Origin: a virus | Strand: one strand, 5' to 3' | DNA: 64,000 nt | Virus record (IMG/VR): IMGVR_UViG_3300032289_001431 | Location: 8,532-72,531 of that record | Shown here: piece by piece, positions 49,789 through 59,279 of the stretch | How positions within the stretch are numbered: position 1 is the stretch's first letter | How the letters are laid out: each line of letters begins with the position of its first letter | The notes under the pieces: model-generated | What the model saw: only the letters and a program-made list of their open reading frames with translations | Told to the model about the DNA's origin: nothing | Database searches by the model: none | Position numbers and translations under genes: made by a program

Positions 49789-50947
49789 GTAAATCTACTT
49801 CTTTTTCTAAATTATAAATATCACTTATTGATAGTGGTTCAGTAATTTTCTCATCAATAAATTTTTTTGGATATTTTAAACTCTTTGCGAGTTTTTTTGC
49901 ATCTTCAACAGACAATGCATTAAATTCATACTCAGCTTGAAGCCTACCTTTTCTTTTAAGTGCATCATCAATATCCTGTTTAGGACAGTTATAAGTCACT
50001 ATAACTGATGTCTTTAATATATCACTAAGAATTCCATCGGACAGGTTTAATAATGAGGATACAGCAGAAGAATCCATACCATCACCATGTCTCTTGAGAA
50101 TTGCCTTTTCGGCATCTTCGAGAATGATAACCGAGTTGGGTTTTTGGATTAATGTGTGTAAACAGTTTGGATCAGATGTAAAATTCTCAATCATCGTTGT
50201 GGGAATATAAATAAAATCCCTTTTAATTCTACTGGCTAGGTATTTGATGTATGTAGTTTTTCCAGTTCCGGGCATACCATGAAACATGAATAAACCATTT
50301 GGTTTTTCAATTAATCTATCTTGAATAGTTTTATCAACATCTAAGAACTTTTTACCATAATTCAATTCTAAATTTAAATCTTCAGGAAGATTAACTGATA
50401 TTGGTTCAAATGTATATTCTCCATATTGATTCTTAATAAACAAATGAACTTTTGTTTTATGATCATCAGGAATAATAAATTGATCAAAATTAGATATATC
50501 AACTTTTTCTAAATCTGATGGGTATATTATCTGTATAGTATACGTTTTCTTCTCTGGAATTTTTTTACTTCCATCAGGATTGATACCCATTTCTCTTAAA
50601 TCAAAACTTACGGGTGGAAATTCATCATCATTTGATTCACTTTTAGTTGCAATCTTTAAAAAATAATTTTTATATTTGAACCAAAAGAAACCATTTTTAT
50701 AATTTTTATAATTTTTTTGAATTTGTTTTGCATCACTAGTTATAGATGAATTTAAAAATGTAGAATTTTCAAACAAAAATGATAAAACATTTTCATTAAA
50801 AGTATCATCTAAATATAAATATGAAGGGCAATATCCGTAAGTCATTGTAATGTAATTTCTTATAGGGAAATCGTTTGTTGTCTCTATTTTAAAATGAGTT
50901 AATTCTTTGTCTAAAGATTCAACTTTGTTTTTGGTTATTGGAAACAT
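49730..50947 (-). CDS. AAA+ ATPase (BCS1-like)
   Basis: GLFMFHGMPGTGKT, ILEDAE, LLNLSDG, IDDALKRKGRL; ATG 50947 or 50953. Confidence 0.85.
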   Translation of the reverse strand: MFPITKNKVESLDKELTHFKIETTNDFPIRNYITMTYGYCPSYLYLDDTFNENVLSFLFENSTFLNSSITSDAKQIQKNYKNYKNGFFWFKYKNYFLKIATKSESNDDEFPPVSFDLREMGINPDGSKKIPEKKTYTIQIIYPSDLEKVDISNFDQFIIPDDHKTKVHLFIKNQYGEYTFEPISVNLPEDLNLELNYGKKFLDVDKTIQDRLIEKPNGLFMFHGMPGTGKTTYIKYLASRIKRDFIYIPTTMIENFTSDPNCLHTLIQKPNSVIILEDAEKAILKRHGDGMDSSAVSSLLNLSDGILSDILKTSVIVTYNCPKQDIDDALKRKGRLQAEYEFNALSVEDAKKLAKSLKYPKKFIDEKITEPLSISDIYNLEKEVDLHGNKNKKGESDRIIGFGKA

Positions 50948-51040
50948 ATTCATATACCTTAATTGAAATTATACAAAAAGCAATAAAATATTGACATTTT
51001 GCCGAAAATATTGAATGATATTTAAACTATAAGTATTACT

Positions 51041-51415
51041 ATGAAAAAGTTGGGAAAAATAAAAATTCAAAACCTTTACAACAGATGTTTAAATCTAGTT
51101 AGAAGAAAACCGCCAGAATTTTTTTTGTTTAAAAAAATGAGAGGTTTTGCAGGTTCTTGTAATTGGACTGATATAGAACTTGACCCACGCTCGGATTTTA
51201 TTTCCACGGCATATCATGAATGTATTCATTATGTTGAACCAGATTGGAGCGAAACGCAAGTTTTATATGCAGAATCTCGCATGAGAAATGTTTTAAATTA
51301 TTTAGATCAAGCTAAATTTTTAAAACATATTAGTATAAAATTATATGAATCTGAAAGACAAAGACATTTTTTAGAAAAACCAAAACGTAAACTTAAAAAA
51401 AAAAATAAAAAATAA
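51041..51415 (+). CDS. Small HExxH metalloprotease-like protein
   Basis: IELDPR....TAYHECIH. Confidence 0.55.
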   Translation: MKKLGKIKIQNLYNRCLNLVRRKPPEFFLFKKMRGFAGSCNWTDIELDPRSDFISTAYHECIHYVEPDWSETQVLYAESRMRNVLNYLDQAKFLKHISIKLYESERQRHFLEKPKRKLKKKNKK

Positions 51416-51471
51416 AAGTGTTGTATTAAACGTAGTTTACTGATACATTTGCAATAAGTATTGTACAATTT

Positions 51472-52443
51472 ATGATATTCGAAGAACAAATCAGCCGTAA
51501 ACCTAACAAATATCCTTGGACAGATGAATTTATTGAGGCAATGCATAATGGATTCTGGACAGACAAAGAATTCAACTTTAAATCTGACATTCAGCAATTT
51601 AAAGTAAATCTCACCGATCAAGAGAAAGAAATTATTGTTCGCACACTTTCCGCTATCGGTCAGATTGAAATCGCAGTCAAAACATTTTGGGCAAAATTGG
51701 GAGAAAATCTTCCACACCCATCACTTTCCGATCTTGGATACGTAATGGCAAATGTAGAAGTTATTCACAATAATGCATACGAAAGACTTATTTCAGTTCT
51801 CGGTCTTGAAGATATTTTTGAGAAAAATCTCAAATTAGATTGGATTGAAGGTAGAGTAAAATATCTTAGAAAATATACACATAGATATTATAAAGATTCC
51901 AAGAAACAATATTTGTATGCTCTTATTTTATTTACATTATTCGTAGAAAACGTTTCTTTGTTTTCTCAGTTTTATGTAATCAATTGGTTTGCTCGTTTTA
52001 AGAATGTTCTTAAAGACACAGATCAACAAGTAAAATATACTCGTAACGAAGAGAATATTCATGCTCTTGTTGGAATTAAGCTTATCAACACAATCCGCAA
52101 AGAATATCCAGAACTTTTCGACGAAGAGTTAGAAGAAAAAATTGCAAAAGAAGCTGTTCAAGCATTTGAATCAGAATCACAAATTGTTGATTGGATGATT
52201 AATGGTATTCAAGAAGATGGATTATCTGCTGATATTCTCAAAGAATTCATTAAGAATCGAATCAATGATTCTCTCAAACAAATTAAATTTAAAAAAGTTT
52301 TTACTATAGATAAAGAACTAATCGGTAAAACTAAATGGTTCGAAGAAGAATTGATTGGAAATAATATGACTGATTTTTTCCATTCTCGTCCGGTTGAGTA
52401 TTCTAAGAAGGGTCAATCTTTTTCTGAAGAAGATTTATTTTGA
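51472..52443 (+). CDS. nrdB: Ribonucleotide reductase class Ia beta subunit
   Basis: FWT..E, EVIHNNAY, VENVSLFSQF, EENIH, DFF. Confidence 0.95.
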   Translation: MIFEEQISRKPNKYPWTDEFIEAMHNGFWTDKEFNFKSDIQQFKVNLTDQEKEIIVRTLSAIGQIEIAVKTFWAKLGENLPHPSLSDLGYVMANVEVIHNNAYERLISVLGLEDIFEKNLKLDWIEGRVKYLRKYTHRYYKDSKKQYLYALILFTLFVENVSLFSQFYVINWFARFKNVLKDTDQQVKYTRNEENIHALVGIKLINTIRKEYPELFDEELEEKIAKEAVQAFESESQIVDWMINGIQEDGLSADILKEFIKNRINDSLKQIKFKKVFTIDKELIGKTKWFEEELIGNNMTDFFHSRPVEYSKKGQSFSEEDLF

Positions 52444-52484
52444 TTGCTATTGGTCGTTAATTTGGTAAGATAAATACGTTATTT

Positions 52485-54149
52485 ATGTATACCAACCAGC
52501 AACAATCAGATATCTATTGGCTTAACAAAGATTCCAGAAAATTTCTTCAAAGAGGTTATCTCTTAGATGATGAAACTCCAGAACAAAGAATTAGAGATAT
52601 TGCTATTGCAGCAGAAAAAATATTGAACGAAGCGGGGTTTGCTGCAAAGTTTGAAGATTATATGCATAGAGGATTTTATTCTCTCGCATCTCCCATTTGG
52701 TCAAATTTTGGTCGCAAAAGAGGTCTTCCTATTTCTTGTTTTGGTTCTCACATTCCTGACACAATGGCGGGAATTTTGGGCAAAGTTGCAGAAATAGGTA
52801 TAATGACAAAAAATGGTGGTGGAACATCTGCTTACTTTGGTGATCTTAGATCAAGAGGGACAGAGATATCTTCCGGTGGTGAATCAACTGGTTCAATTCA
52901 CTTTATGGAACTCTACAACAAACTCATGAGTGTTGTTTCACAGGGTAATGTAAGACGAGGATCATTTGCCGCTTATCTTCCGATTGATCATGGTGATATT
53001 GAAGAGTTTTTAAAAATCCGTGGAGAAGGAAACGAAATTCAAGATATATCATTTGGTGTCACAGTTTCTGATGCATGGATGAAATCAATGATTGATGGTG
53101 ATAAAGAAAAAAGAAAAATTTGGGGATTAGTTTTAAAGAAAAGGTTTGAATCCGGTTATCCTTATATTTTCTTTACGGATAATGTAAACAAACAAGCACC
53201 AAAAGTTTACAAAGATAAAAAATTAAAAATTAAACAATCCAATCTTTGCACAGAAATCATGCTTCCTAATAGTGAAGATGAATCATTTGTATGTGATTTA
53301 TCTTCCATGAATTTAGATAGGTGGGAAGAATGGAAAGATACTGATGCAGTAGAAACAATGATTTGGTTTTTAGATTCTGTTATGACAGAATTTATTAACA
53401 AGACCGAAGGAATGAAGTTTATGGAAGCACCAAGAAATTTTGCTATGAGACATCGTGCATTGGGTCTTGGGGTTCTTGGTTGGCATTCTCTTTTGCAATC
53501 TAAAATGATTGCATTTGAGTCTATGGAAGCAAAACTTCTCAATACAACAATTTGGAAAACCATTCGTGAAAGATCCGATAAAGCATCAGAGCAACTTGCA
53601 AAGATATATGGAGAGTCTGAGTTGTTAAAAGGTTATGGCAGAAGGAATACAACAACTCTTGCTATCGCACCAACAACATCTTCTTCATTTATTCTTGGTC
53701 AAGTTTCGCCAAGCATTGAACCTAATAATAGTAACTATTATGTTAAAGATCTTGCCAAGGGAAAATTCTCATATAAGAATCCATATCTCAAAAAACTCTT
53801 GAAAGAAAAAGGTAAGAGTGATGATGACACTTGGATGGATATTCTTAAACACAGTGGATCCGTTCAACATTTAGATTTTCTTACACAAGAAGAAAAGGAT
53901 GTATTTAAAACGTTTGAAGAGACATCTCAAAGAGAGATTATCATTCAAGCCGCTGCTCGTCAAAAATACATTGATCAAGGACAGAGCTTAAACATGCTTA
54001 TTCCCTCTGGTACGCCACCAAAGGATGTAAATGAACTTGTTATTTTTGCATGGGAGCAAGGTATTAAGTCTCTCTATTATCAGAGATCAACAAATCCCGC
54101 AAAAGAACTTGCTCGTTCAATTATGACTTGTAAATCTTGCGAAGCATGA
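52485..54149 (+). CDS. nrdA: Ribonucleotide reductase class I alpha subunit (no ATP cone)
   Basis: LPISCF, GGGT, QG..RRG, SNLCTEI, VCDLSS, IAPT..SS, IDQGQS, KSLYY, C-terminal CKSCE. Confidence 0.95.
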   Translation: MYTNQQQSDIYWLNKDSRKFLQRGYLLDDETPEQRIRDIAIAAEKILNEAGFAAKFEDYMHRGFYSLASPIWSNFGRKRGLPISCFGSHIPDTMAGILGKVAEIGIMTKNGGGTSAYFGDLRSRGTEISSGGESTGSIHFMELYNKLMSVVSQGNVRRGSFAAYLPIDHGDIEEFLKIRGEGNEIQDISFGVTVSDAWMKSMIDGDKEKRKIWGLVLKKRFESGYPYIFFTDNVNKQAPKVYKDKKLKIKQSNLCTEIMLPNSEDESFVCDLSSMNLDRWEEWKDTDAVETMIWFLDSVMTEFINKTEGMKFMEAPRNFAMRHRALGLGVLGWHSLLQSKMIAFESMEAKLLNTTIWKTIRERSDKASEQLAKIYGESELLKGYGRRNTTTLAIAPTTSSSFILGQVSPSIEPNNSNYYVKDLAKGKFSYKNPYLKKLLKEKGKSDDDTWMDILKHSGSVQHLDFLTQEEKDVFKTFEETSQREIIIQAAARQKYIDQGQSLNMLIPSGTPPKDVNELVIFAWEQGIKSLYYQRSTNPAKELARSIMTCKSCEA

Positions 54150-54160
54150 TATTTTATAGT

Positions 54161-54538
54161 ATGAAAAAATTATTATTACTAACAATAGTATTACTAACAG
54201 CATGTCAAACAACTCCAACAAATCCAGAATTTTGGATGGAAAGAGAAATTAACGCATGTCTTCCAACCGCTATCACATTCCGTGAGAGCCTAAAAAAATA
54301 TAATGTATGGGCTGAAGTTTTTACATATCGTTGGTACAATGCAGAGGAAAAAAAAGGTCACGGTCATGCAATGGTTGCCTATCTTTATCCAAAAGGTAAA
54401 AATCAATTGTGGACATACGATACTTTAGGTTCATATAGAACAAGAGCTTTTACAAACAATGTTTATCAAATAGCCCAACAAGCGCATTCTGTTAGAGGTG
54501 ATACTAATAAAATATTTTTAGCTGAATTTATAAAATGA
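54161..54538 (+). CDS. Lipoprotein with possible Cys-His-Asp triad
   Basis: MKKLLLLTIVLLTAC lipobox; NACL, GHAM, WTYD. Confidence 0.6.
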   Translation: MKKLLLLTIVLLTACQTTPTNPEFWMEREINACLPTAITFRESLKKYNVWAEVFTYRWYNAEEKKGHGHAMVAYLYPKGKNQLWTYDTLGSYRTRAFTNNVYQIAQQAHSVRGDTNKIFLAEFIK

Positions 54539-55434
54539 AAATATTAATACTCGGAAAAGGATATATCGGAAATTATCTGGCAAAGGCCAATCAAAAGCAC
54601 AACATTGTTCATATTAGTAAATCTGATTTAAACTATGAAGATCCTGATACCTTTGTAAAATTTTTGCACAGAGAAACAAATTATCCAAAAGCATATTTCG
54701 ATTGGATTATAAATTGTTCTGGTTATACTGGTAGACCTAATGTTGAAGCATGTGAAACCAACAAAGAAAATTGTTATCATTATAACGTAACAGTACCTTT
54801 ATATATCACTAAAGTCGCTAACCGTCTTAGAATTCCAATTATTCACATTGGATCTGGTTGCATTTATGATGGTTATTTACAACAATATACCGAAGATGAT
54901 CTTCCAAATTTCGGAGCAGATAGTAATTTTAGTTCTTTTTATTCCAAAACTAAAGATGCTTTTGAAAAGTTAAGTGAACATTTAGAAAGATATATTTTTA
55001 GAATTCGTATACCTTTTAATGGCGTTTCTGAATCTAAAAATTATCTTTGGAAATTATTAAAATATAATAATTTAATTACTCAACAAAATTCTATTACAAA
55101 CGTTGATGATCTTGTAAGTTTTGTTTACAAGTTCATTGAAAAAAATAGACCTTTGGGAATTTATAATGTTACGAATAAAGGTAGTATTGAAGCAAAAGAA
55201 GTTGTTGAAATTTTAAAGTCTTATGGATTAGAAAACCCAAAGTGGAATTTTGTTTCTATTCCTGATGCCAAATTTAAAGTTGGTAGAAGTAACTGTATAT
55301 TAGATACAAGTAAAATAGAAAGCATGGGATTAGGACTTCCTGATGTTAAAGAAAGTATAGAAAAAGCGGTTAAAGAATATACTTTGGCTGAACCTATAGA
55401 TTATAGATTGGGTGGTTATGAATCATTTAAATAG
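54535..55434 (+). CDS. NDP-4-keto-6-deoxyhexose reductase/epimerase (RmlD/UER-like)
   Basis: GKGYIG, GYTGRPNVEACE, GSGCIY, E.D.PNF, SFYSKTK, RIRIPF, RSNCILD. Confidence 0.85.
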   Translation: MKILILGKGYIGNYLAKANQKHNIVHISKSDLNYEDPDTFVKFLHRETNYPKAYFDWIINCSGYTGRPNVEACETNKENCYHYNVTVPLYITKVANRLRIPIIHIGSGCIYDGYLQQYTEDDLPNFGADSNFSSFYSKTKDAFEKLSEHLERYIFRIRIPFNGVSESKNYLWKLLKYNNLITQQNSITNVDDLVSFVYKFIEKNRPLGIYNVTNKGSIEAKEVVEILKSYGLENPKWNFVSIPDAKFKVGRSNCILDTSKIESMGLGLPDVKESIEKAVKEYTLAEPIDYRLGGYESFK

Positions 55435-55999
55435 AACAACCGTATTAATTTTAAATCGCAATTGGCAAGCAATTCACGTTAAATCACCAGCAGAATCATT
55501 GTCAATGATGTATGCGGGTACTGCCACTGGTTTAGATATTGTAGGAGAAGATCATATGGTCCCTTATAAGTGGAATGATTGGATCAATCTTCCACACGAT
55601 GAGACTTCCGATTACATATCTACAATAAATTCAAAGATAAAAATACCCAAGGTTATTGTTCTTTGTCGTTATGATAAAGTGCCTATTAAACGTCCAAAGT
55701 TCTCTATTAATGGTATATGGATAAGAGATAATGGCATGTGTCAATACACAGGAAAAAAACTTTCAAAGAATGAAGGTAACATCGATCATGTGATTCCAAA
55801 GAGTCGTGGTGGTAAAACCGATTGGTCAAATTGTGTTCTATCTCATAAAGAAATTAATGCAAGAAAAGCCGATAGAACACCAGAAGAAGCAGGTATTAAA
55901 TTAATAAAGAAACCTGATATGCCTAAGCTTCTGCCTATTACGTTTTATATTCGTAATACATACAAGATCAAAGAATGGGAATTATTTTTAAATAATTAA
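55418..55999 (+). CDS. HNH endonuclease
   Basis: VLILN..W, RD...CQYTG, IDHVIPKSRGG...W.N.V, N..KADRTPEEAG. Confidence 0.9.
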   Translation: MNHLNRTTVLILNRNWQAIHVKSPAESLSMMYAGTATGLDIVGEDHMVPYKWNDWINLPHDETSDYISTINSKIKIPKVIVLCRYDKVPIKRPKFSINGIWIRDNGMCQYTGKKLSKNEGNIDHVIPKSRGGKTDWSNCVLSHKEINARKADRTPEEAGIKLIKKPDMPKLLPITFYIRNTYKIKEWELFLNN

Positions 56000-56562
56000 A
56001 TTCTTTTTCTTTTAAGTCCACTTCTTCCATCACCAACACGCTTAACATCCTTGATAGGACACGCACAGTTCTTCACCAAGGCACATTCTGAGCATCCCAG
56101 ATCCAAATAAACGTCCGGTCGCCAGCAAGCAAAGGATGTCACTTCCTGACAAACTTGTTTGTTTTTTACCATATCAATACGCTCACGAACTTTGTTTAAA
56201 TCGATTTTAGGTAGATTCTTTCTTATTTCTTCCGCACGATCTTCCATTTCTTCCCTCGTCAAAACCTTTGGAACATAAGTTTTTTTCTCCTGTGGGAATA
56301 AGATATTTTTACATTCTTTACAAATAGATTCGGTAAGAATCCTATTCATATTATTATCAAATTTCTTTTTAGCATGAGCCATTGCAATACCTTTCAGATT
56401 TACAAAAGATATTTTACAGTTATTGCAAATAATCTTATTGTATGGAAGTTTTTTATTTTCTTCATAATAAGAAATCCATGCATCCAGATTATCAATTTGA
56501 TTATTAGATATACCTTTAATTTTTTTCAATTTATTTTTTTTGGTTTTTTTGGTTTTTTTCAT
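55996..56562 (-). CDS. Cys-rich hypothetical protein
   Basis: CNNC, CKEC, CWRPD, CSEC..C.C. Confidence 0.65.
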   Translation of the reverse strand: MKKTKKTKKNKLKKIKGISNNQIDNLDAWISYYEENKKLPYNKIICNNCKISFVNLKGIAMAHAKKKFDNNMNRILTESICKECKNILFPQEKKTYVPKVLTREEMEDRAEEIRKNLPKIDLNKVRERIDMVKNKQVCQEVTSFACWRPDVYLDLGCSECALVKNCACPIKDVKRVGDGRSGLKRKRI

Positions 56563-56984
56563 ATGTTGGTTTTAATATGTTGTATACAGTCAATCCCGTA
56601 AAATTTGAATATATCAAGAGAAGAAGTATCCCTATGATATATATCTTTGTAAAGAACTTTTTTAATCCCATATGCCGCAATATTTGTAGCACAACTTGAG
56701 CAAGGTAAAAGAGTACAAGCTATCATATAAGCATTATCCGATTTTTTAATCCTAGCCAAAGCATTTGCTTCCGCATGAATCATATAGGGTCTTCTTTTAT
56801 CTCTATCTTTCCAAAAATCTTCTGAAACATTTATACCGCTTGCTAGTCCATTATATGCAACTGTTAAAACATCATATGTGAGACTTAGAACACAAGCACC
56901 CACCTTTTGAAAAGGATCTTCCGATCTAAAACTAGCCCTTTCTGCTAATTCCATAGCATGTTCTTCCCAAGTTGGTCTATACAT
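56559..56984 (-). CDS. dCMP deaminase
   Basis: RS.DP..KVGAC, YNG, HAEANA, PCSSCA; promoter TTGCCA-N16-TATAAT. Confidence 0.92.
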   Translation of the reverse strand: MYRPTWEEHAMELAERASFRSEDPFQKVGACVLSLTYDVLTVAYNGLASGINVSEDFWKDRDKRRPYMIHAEANALARIKKSDNAYMIACTLLPCSSCATNIAAYGIKKVLYKDIYHRDTSSLDIFKFYGIDCIQHIKTNI

Positions 56985-57039
56985 TTAAACAATTATAGAC
57001 GTTTTTATAAAAATGGCAATAAAAAATTTATTATGTGTT

Positions 57040-57930
57040 TTATAGAACAGCCATTAACAATCCATTTGCAAATATTAATGTTTGATTATTTATTACAACA
57101 CTACCACTATATGCTACTTGATTTTTAGTTGGTGTGGGTGTTGGTGTAGCACTCAATGAAAACGCTCTTGTTGACGTTGGTGTGGGTGTTGGTGTAGCAC
57201 TCAATGAAAACGCTCTTGTTGACGTTGGTGTGGGTGTTGGAGTGCCACTTAAAGGGATTATTCTTGATGATGTTGGTGTTCTTGTTTGGGTTGGGGTTGG
57301 TGTATTTGTCGGTGTTGATTTTGGTGTTCCTGTTGGTGTATTTGATGGTGTATTAGTAGGAGTACCTGTAGGAGTACCTGTAGGAGTACCTGTAGGAGTG
57401 CGTGTTGGTGTTGGTAGTGGCGTAGCACTCAAAGATGGTACTCTCGTTTTTGTCTGTGTTGGTGTTGGTGTTGGTGTTGGTAAATTTGTACCAAGATATG
57501 TATTTGAAACAGTGTCATATAAAACAGGACTAGAAGATCTCATTAATCCATTAGCTTCTGAAATACGAATCCAAACATATTGAGGTGGGAATATAGTAGT
57601 ATTTATACCTCTTGGGCTTACCACAGGACCAGTATTATTAGTAAAAGGTCCATTTGGACCAAAAAAGGAATAACTTATAGTCACAGCTGATGTTAATTGG
57701 CTTATTCCATAAAAATAAACCATAAAATTTGTGCTTGAAATTCTTGTAACATTGAAGACAAATGGTAATGCTAATGGTGCTTTTGTTGGTGTGGGTGTAG
57801 GTGTACGTGTAGATGTAGTTGATGGGTATGATGGATATGATGGGTATGATGGGTATCCGCCTCTAGTCGGTGTAGGCGTTGGTGTCTCATACCCGCTTAA
57901 AGATAAAATTGTCGATTCGGGGATATCCAT
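57040..57930 (-). CDS. Thr/Pro-rich (mucin-like) protein with a small beta domain
   Basis: Extensive PTPT tracts flanking a roughly 90-aa beta-rich segment; C-terminal LIFANGLL. Confidence 0.7.
   Translation of the reverse strand: MDIPESTILSLSGYETPTPTPTRGGYPSYPSYPSYPSTTSTRTPTPTPTKAPLALPFVFNVTRISSTNFMVYFYGISQLTSAVTISYSFFGPNGPFTNNTGPVVSPRGINTTIFPPQYVWIRISEANGLMRSSSPVLYDTVSNTYLGTNLPTPTPTPTQTKTRVPSLSATPLPTPTRTPTGTPTGTPTGTPTNTPSNTPTGTPKSTPTNTPTPTQTRTPTSSRIIPLSGTPTPTPTSTRAFSLSATPTPTPTSTRAFSLSATPTPTPTKNQVAYSGSVVINNQTLIFANGLLMAVL
57128..57240. repeat. 48-bp tandem repeat (about 2.3 copies) encoding TPTPTPTSTRAFSLSA
   Basis: Units start at 57128, 57176 and 57224. Also 12-bp GTAGGAGTACCT repeats near 57356-57397 and 9-bp YPS repeats near 57821-57856. 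Confidence 0.9.
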
Positions 57931-57941
57931 TTTAATAAAAA

Positions 57942-58316
57942 TTATTTTTTATACATTATTGCATTTGCAACATGAATAATATAATCATTTGCAATAGCAA
58001 TTTTTTCTTGCATCCAAGGTTCTATTAAAGCACCTCTTTCTACGCACCCATAAATCTCATGAGCGTGTGAACGAATTGTATGGAGATGAGCCTCAACCAT
58101 TTCATTTTTTTCTTTTTCAAGATCTTTAAGATCATCTATATCATCGTTGATATCAATGTCATCTCTGCTTTCAAGATCATCGTTGCTATCAATATCATCT
58201 GATATTTCAATATTATCAACAGGTTCATTTGAATCATTTGGTATTTCTTCGATTTCTTTATCTAAAATAATATCGTCGTAAGCTTCCATTAATGATATAA
58301 TATCTTTTCTATTCAT
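57942..58316 (-). CDS. Acidic protein, putative internal head protein
   Basis: MNRKDIISLMEAY leader, Asp tract, EPWMQEKIAIANDYI; TAAGTA upstream. Confidence 0.65.
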   Translation of the reverse strand: MNRKDIISLMEAYDDIILDKEIEEIPNDSNEPVDNIEISDDIDSNDDLESRDDIDINDDIDDLKDLEKEKNEMVEAHLHTIRSHAHEIYGCVERGALIEPWMQEKIAIANDYIIHVANAIMYKK

Positions 58317-58365
58317 AAAGATACTTACACTTGAAATTATTCATTTCTATTATCTTTGTCTTATG

Positions 58366-58638
58366 TTACCAGCATGGATATCTGTATGCACCGTTCCATT
58401 GCCAACCACCACCGCCCCAACCACTAGTCCATGGAAAACCGCCATAAAAACCTCTGTAATAAGGAAATGTCCAATATGGTGCGTATGTGTTTATGATAGT
58501 AGTTGGTTGTGATGCTGGTGCTACCCCTTTAACCGTATTGCCTGTTACAGTATTTGTATAATTACCTCTTACACTACCATCGATGTTATATGTACATGAA
58601 GATAATATTAAACATGATATTATGAATAATATTTTCAT
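58366..58638 (-). CDS. Small lipoprotein with Gly/aromatic tail
   Basis: MKILFIISCLILSSC lipobox; YYRGFYGGFPW..GWGGGGW. Confidence 0.6.
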   Translation of the reverse strand: MKILFIISCLILSSCTYNIDGSVRGNYTNTVTGNTVKGVAPASQPTTIINTYAPYWTFPYYRGFYGGFPWTSGWGGGGWQWNGAYRYPCW

Positions 58639-59273
58639 TAAGCTACGTTTCTAATAATCCAAAAACCAAAACTACTTAACTTTTCCGAAAATTTTCTTAT
58701 TACTTTAGAGATAAAATTCCAAAAGGCATACCAATGAGAAAAGGTTATTCTATTCAAAAACTTTCTGATTTTGGTAGAGATTTTCTTATTATGATCTTCG
58801 GCTAATTTTTTCCAATGAGCTTCATCTTTATCAACCTCTTGCTTGGTTCTATTGATTTCACATTTAATTGTTTGAAACTTTCCTTTTAAAGAACCATCAA
58901 CAATTTTTGCTTCAAACTCTATCCACCATTCATTTCCGTTTTTATCAACCAAAATGTCATAAAAAAATATGTTACCAGTATGGTTGACAATGATTTCTTT
59001 TCTGGAAGTTTCTTTGAATTCGTAAGGCCACACCCAACGATTCTTCTTACGTTCTTTCTTTTCTTCTGCTTCGGTCATGATGCGGACATGATCACCTTCG
59101 ATCCTTGTGGTATAGAGTTTACCGTTTTTCTTTAAAGTATAAACTGCTAGACTATTATCAAGATCTTTGGTTTGAAATGGTTGATGATTCCAATCAATGT
59201 GAGAGAAAATCTCCTTTTGTTTTTTGTTGAAAGGTAATTCCTTGTGTATAAAGATAGTGTCAAACATTCCCAT
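58638..59273 (-). CDS. Hypothetical phage protein
   Basis: MGMFD, FQTKDL, HTG.I.FY, WIEF.A..VDG. Confidence 0.7.
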   Translation of the reverse strand: MGMFDTIFIHKELPFNKKQKEIFSHIDWNHQPFQTKDLDNSLAVYTLKKNGKLYTTRIEGDHVRIMTEAEEKKERKKNRWVWPYEFKETSRKEIIVNHTGNIFFYDILVDKNGNEWWIEFEAKIVDGSLKGKFQTIKCEINRTKQEVDKDEAHWKKLAEDHNKKISTKIRKFLNRITFSHWYAFWNFISKVIRKFSEKLSSFGFWIIRNVA

Positions 59274-59279
59274 AATTTA

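Noticed and set aside
11164-54149. Inteins or introns in polymerase, helicase, terminase or nrdA/nrdB
   Set aside because: All have normal lengths and contiguous motifs, with no intein-like C...HN insertions or frame breaks.
57134-57979. Val/Gly-rich + strand ORFs and other antisense ORFs in the track (for example 12288..12770, 39479..39919, 48527..48958)
   Set aside because: They are antisense shadows of well-supported genes and have no independent start signals.
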